From Saccostrea echinata (Eukaryota), in NCBI RefSeq assembly GCF_033153115.1, contig NW_026889758.1:11470001-11534000 (forward strand): a DNA stretch of 64,000 nucleotides. The letters are read 5' to 3'. Below the pieces are notes generated by a model. It saw only the letters and a list, made by a program, of their open reading frames with translations. It searched no databases and was not told the DNA's origin. A program made the translations under genes and the position numbers. This document shows positions 60,886 to 64,000 of this stretch, piece by piece (position 1 is the stretch's first letter; the number at the start of each line of letters is the position of its first letter).

Positions 60886-62332
60886 ATCGAAGGGCAGATA
60901 ATTTGCATAAAAATATCACAAAATCAGAACTCGCTCAAAGTTGACGTTCGGGATCGAAATTTTAAAAATAGTGACGAGAAATTGAGGGAATATTTCGTTA
61001 GTTTTGGTTTCGATTTGAGTCTGATTCAAGATTCGGATATTCAACAGTTAAATTTAGGAATGACAGATCAGAATACTTTCATTGGATACGCTGTGATTGT
61101 AAACGTTAAGTATTTTAAAGAACACAGTAGCAGAGAGGATGCTATTTCTGATCAAACGAACGCCTCGGCAGCCTTCAGACGACTTGGTTTTGAAACAAAG
61201 TTAGTGACAGAGATAGAACCAAAGGATGGTGGTGCAAGGACTGAATACGTTACTAAACGTCGATTCCAGGATGAACTGCAGAAGAGTGAGTTTTTCAGTT
61301 TTTACAGGCATCTGATTTTTTATCAACAAGTTGCAAATTATAAAGACCTAAATCAAAAAATCCATTCCCTTCTATATATAAATGCACACGGTGTGTTACA
61401 CCATTTTGACTGACTCCTCCATTTCAATTAATCATAGAAACCGGATGTGCCTACCTGTTTGCGTTTAGCAGTGAATTTGAGAAATTAAAATTGGTTTGAT
61501 TTATCTTCAGGTTTGGTACCTATTTTGATGGCTAATATCCTTTAAAAGAGTTGATACATTTATCATTAATGGTTCATGATTGCATACATGTATCATTACT
61601 AATAAATGAATTAATGAATACATAACATTAAGTAACATATTTCCAAAGTGGCCTATGGCGCTTCTTATCCCAATGCTTTTTAAGCTTTTATGAAGGGAAA
61701 AATGTTTACTAGTTAGAATATAGATGTTCAAAACAACTTCAGATATTTTCTAGATTTATTATGTATTTCTTTCCAACTGCAGTTTGGTCTTGACAGCACA
61801 ACGGTCCATCTCCAACTGATTAACAAATAACAAGTTTAGGTGAAAACAAATTAGACACAATTGACAAAGAAACAAGTGTCATACAAAGAGATGGGATGAA
61901 ATGGTGACATCTTATAGATTGACAATTAAATCAACATATCAGATAAACGGCATTGTTAACACAATTACTCGAAAGACCTTGTCATGGTCAAGGTGTGAAG
62001 ATTTATAATGGGATTAACCCAGTTTTTAATAGGCGAATTGATAATTTGATATATTGAAAAAGGTTCTGATGGAATGTTAGACATTTTGCTAATAAAGGAT
62101 CAGAAATCTTATGCATTTCAAGAAAATTATCACGAAAGAAAAACTACACATGGCCGTAGGAACCGGGGGGGCACGGGGGGGCCGTGCCCCCCCCCCCCCC
62201 CAATAATTTTGCCAATATACAGATTACTATAGTAAACATAGATACTATAAGCATGTGCCCCCTCAATAAAACCGCCTGATGACCTTTTTTTTTTTTTTTT
62301 TTGCTTGTCAAGGAATATTTGGTAGTTGACGA

Positions 62333-62367
<35 letters not shown>

Positions 62368-63561
62368 TGTCAGAAAATTTTTGGTAGTGCCCCCTCAACT
62401 GTCAACTGAAAAATGTTTGGCTGTGCCCCCCCCCCCCCCAAACTGAAATTGCTTCCTACGGGCCTGCTACACAACATAAAACAGTTATTAAAATGACAGT
62501 GAACAGCTCAAAATCTTGATTTTTTTTAATCACAACATGCATGATCAGAGCCTGTTTTTATGTGAATTGTGTATGAAAATTTATTGATGTGTGATCCAAG
62601 CCTGTTTTTACATGATGAATATGAAAATTTATTAACAAATTCCCATTTATTCACCACCACAGCCATAAATCATGTGAAGAATAAAGGATACAGACATTTT
62701 GCTCTGTTTATTTCCACACATGGAGGGGAGGCAAGAAGAGAAGAACATTACGTACATGAGTTGTCTTTCTATGATGGTGAAGTGTCTACTGAGGAGATAC
62801 TCTTTAATCCACTGGACAGGGAATTACCACAAGTCAACAAATTTATCCTAGTTTCGGTATGTCAAGTATATTAAAAAAGTTTTCAATATCTGGTGTACAT
62901 TGGGCTGAAAAATAGGGGAGGCAGGGGTACATTTTTTCTGAAATTTATGTATATTAATAGTATAAGTCAGAAATCATTGTAAGGGACAGCCCCCTCCTTA
63001 ATGACATTCTTTTTTCCCCCTTAATGCAGTTTGAAGTGGACCTTTTTGTCTCTTCTAAATATAAAAATCTGCTTGCCCTTCCCAGCTTTTTTTCATTTTC
63101 TGGATCTGCCATTTTGTCAGATATCTAAAGTTATTAATACACAAGCCACAGAGTTTTAATGTATGCACTGCTGCAGAGTATCCATTGTTGTGTTTGTTTT
63201 GGATTCATTAGGCCTGTCGAGTTCGGGATGGTTTTGAGGATGAAGATGAGGACCTAGGTGTACAGATACAAATTGTTAAGGACCAGGATGAGGAATACCA
63301 GACTGAAGATGATGGAATTCATCACTCCCTTCCTGGTTAGAGAGTGTGAAAATTAATTCAATTCTGTAACTTGTCTCAGAATTTCAAAACTTTTAGTGAT
63401 GTCTTTTCTAGATTTATCTGAATTCTATTATTTTCAAAAGAATGTAAGTTTCTCTTAATACATTAATAGTTGTATTTGATTTTTTCCTTCAGAAAACACA
63501 CTTCTTCACTGCATCACACCATGTATATCAAACTGTGTCACTATGTTTGCCTCACCCTCAG
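60886..63561 (+). CDS. Caspase-like (peptidase C14) gene, 5' part: exons 60886(ATG 61060)-61285, 62663-62856, 63212-63335, 63493-63561; continues past the window
   Basis: Spliced frame gives GYAVIVNVKYF..SSRED..AFRRLGFET, FALFISTHGG (catalytic His), NKFILVSACRV (catalytic Cys), an acidic linker, and NCVTMFASPSG (p10 start). All junctions are GT-AG and in phase. True start is uncertain. Confidence 0.8.
62149..62466. mobile_element. MITE with CATGGCCGTAGGAA / TTCCTACGGGCCTG termini and 5-bp TSD CTACA
   Basis: TSD at 62144-62148 and 62467-62471; subterminal G/C-runs. Confidence 0.75.
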
Positions 63562-64000
63562 GTCAGTATTCATCAGTCTTCACATGTTCTGGGGAGGGGG
63601 GACTCTCAAGCACCTGTGCCCATAATCAAACATCTGGGGCCATATAGTTTTTGGTTTGTCCATCTGTCTGTCTGTCTGGAAAAAATTTAACCTTGCTCAT
63701 AAATTTTGAATAGTTGGTGCAAGGGCTTTCATATTTCAGGCATGTATTTTTTGTGTTAAGACTTTCTTTGAGTACCAATAAATTTGACCTCTGAGTTTGA
63801 TCCTGGCACTGTGCAAAATTTTACAAATTTTAACCTTGGCCATAAAATATATATGGTTGCATCCTCACAGTGTCAAGGTTTTGTGATTTCGGAACTCCAC
63901 ACAAACCCTTGACATAAGTTGTTATTTAAAAGTTGGGTTTGTAGTTACACATGACGTAATGGGTAATTATAAACTAACCAATAGGAATGTATTTTTCAAA

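Noticed and set aside
62541-62635. ~50-bp duplication near the caspase-like exon acceptor
   Set aside because: Wholly intronic; it does not include the AG or exon sequence, so it is not counted as a junction array.

Overview
AT-rich, intron-containing animal genomic DNA. The Helentron/HINE-type repeats with ~168-bp internal arrays suggest a bivalve, probably an oyster (inference). I reconstructed six genes by hand: MED27 (+, 8 exons, 1658-15743, 310 aa); two convergent, single-coding-exon paralogues of an uncharacterised coiled-coil protein (26404-27615 +, 31518-33173 -; possibly CCDC190-like); MRPS30/mL65 (-, 4 exons, 46055-39913); GALK2 (+, 9 exons, 46277-58113), head-to-head with MRPS30; and the 5' part of a divergent caspase-like gene (+, from ~60886, continuing past the window end). 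Introns contain many non-autonomous DNA elements. The most striking pattern is five unrelated tandem arrays (units of 19, 23, ~53, ~56 and 66 bp), plus one weak sixth case, each built from a unit that straddles a real exon-intron junction of MED27 or GALK2. These create stacks of duplicated splice donors or acceptors beside the true site. One array is in-frame and stop-free (+22 aa per unit), and two rebuild AG|GT recursive-splice-like sites. There is a 170-N assembly gap at 22868-23037. All gene and family names come from my recognition of motifs; no database searches were run.
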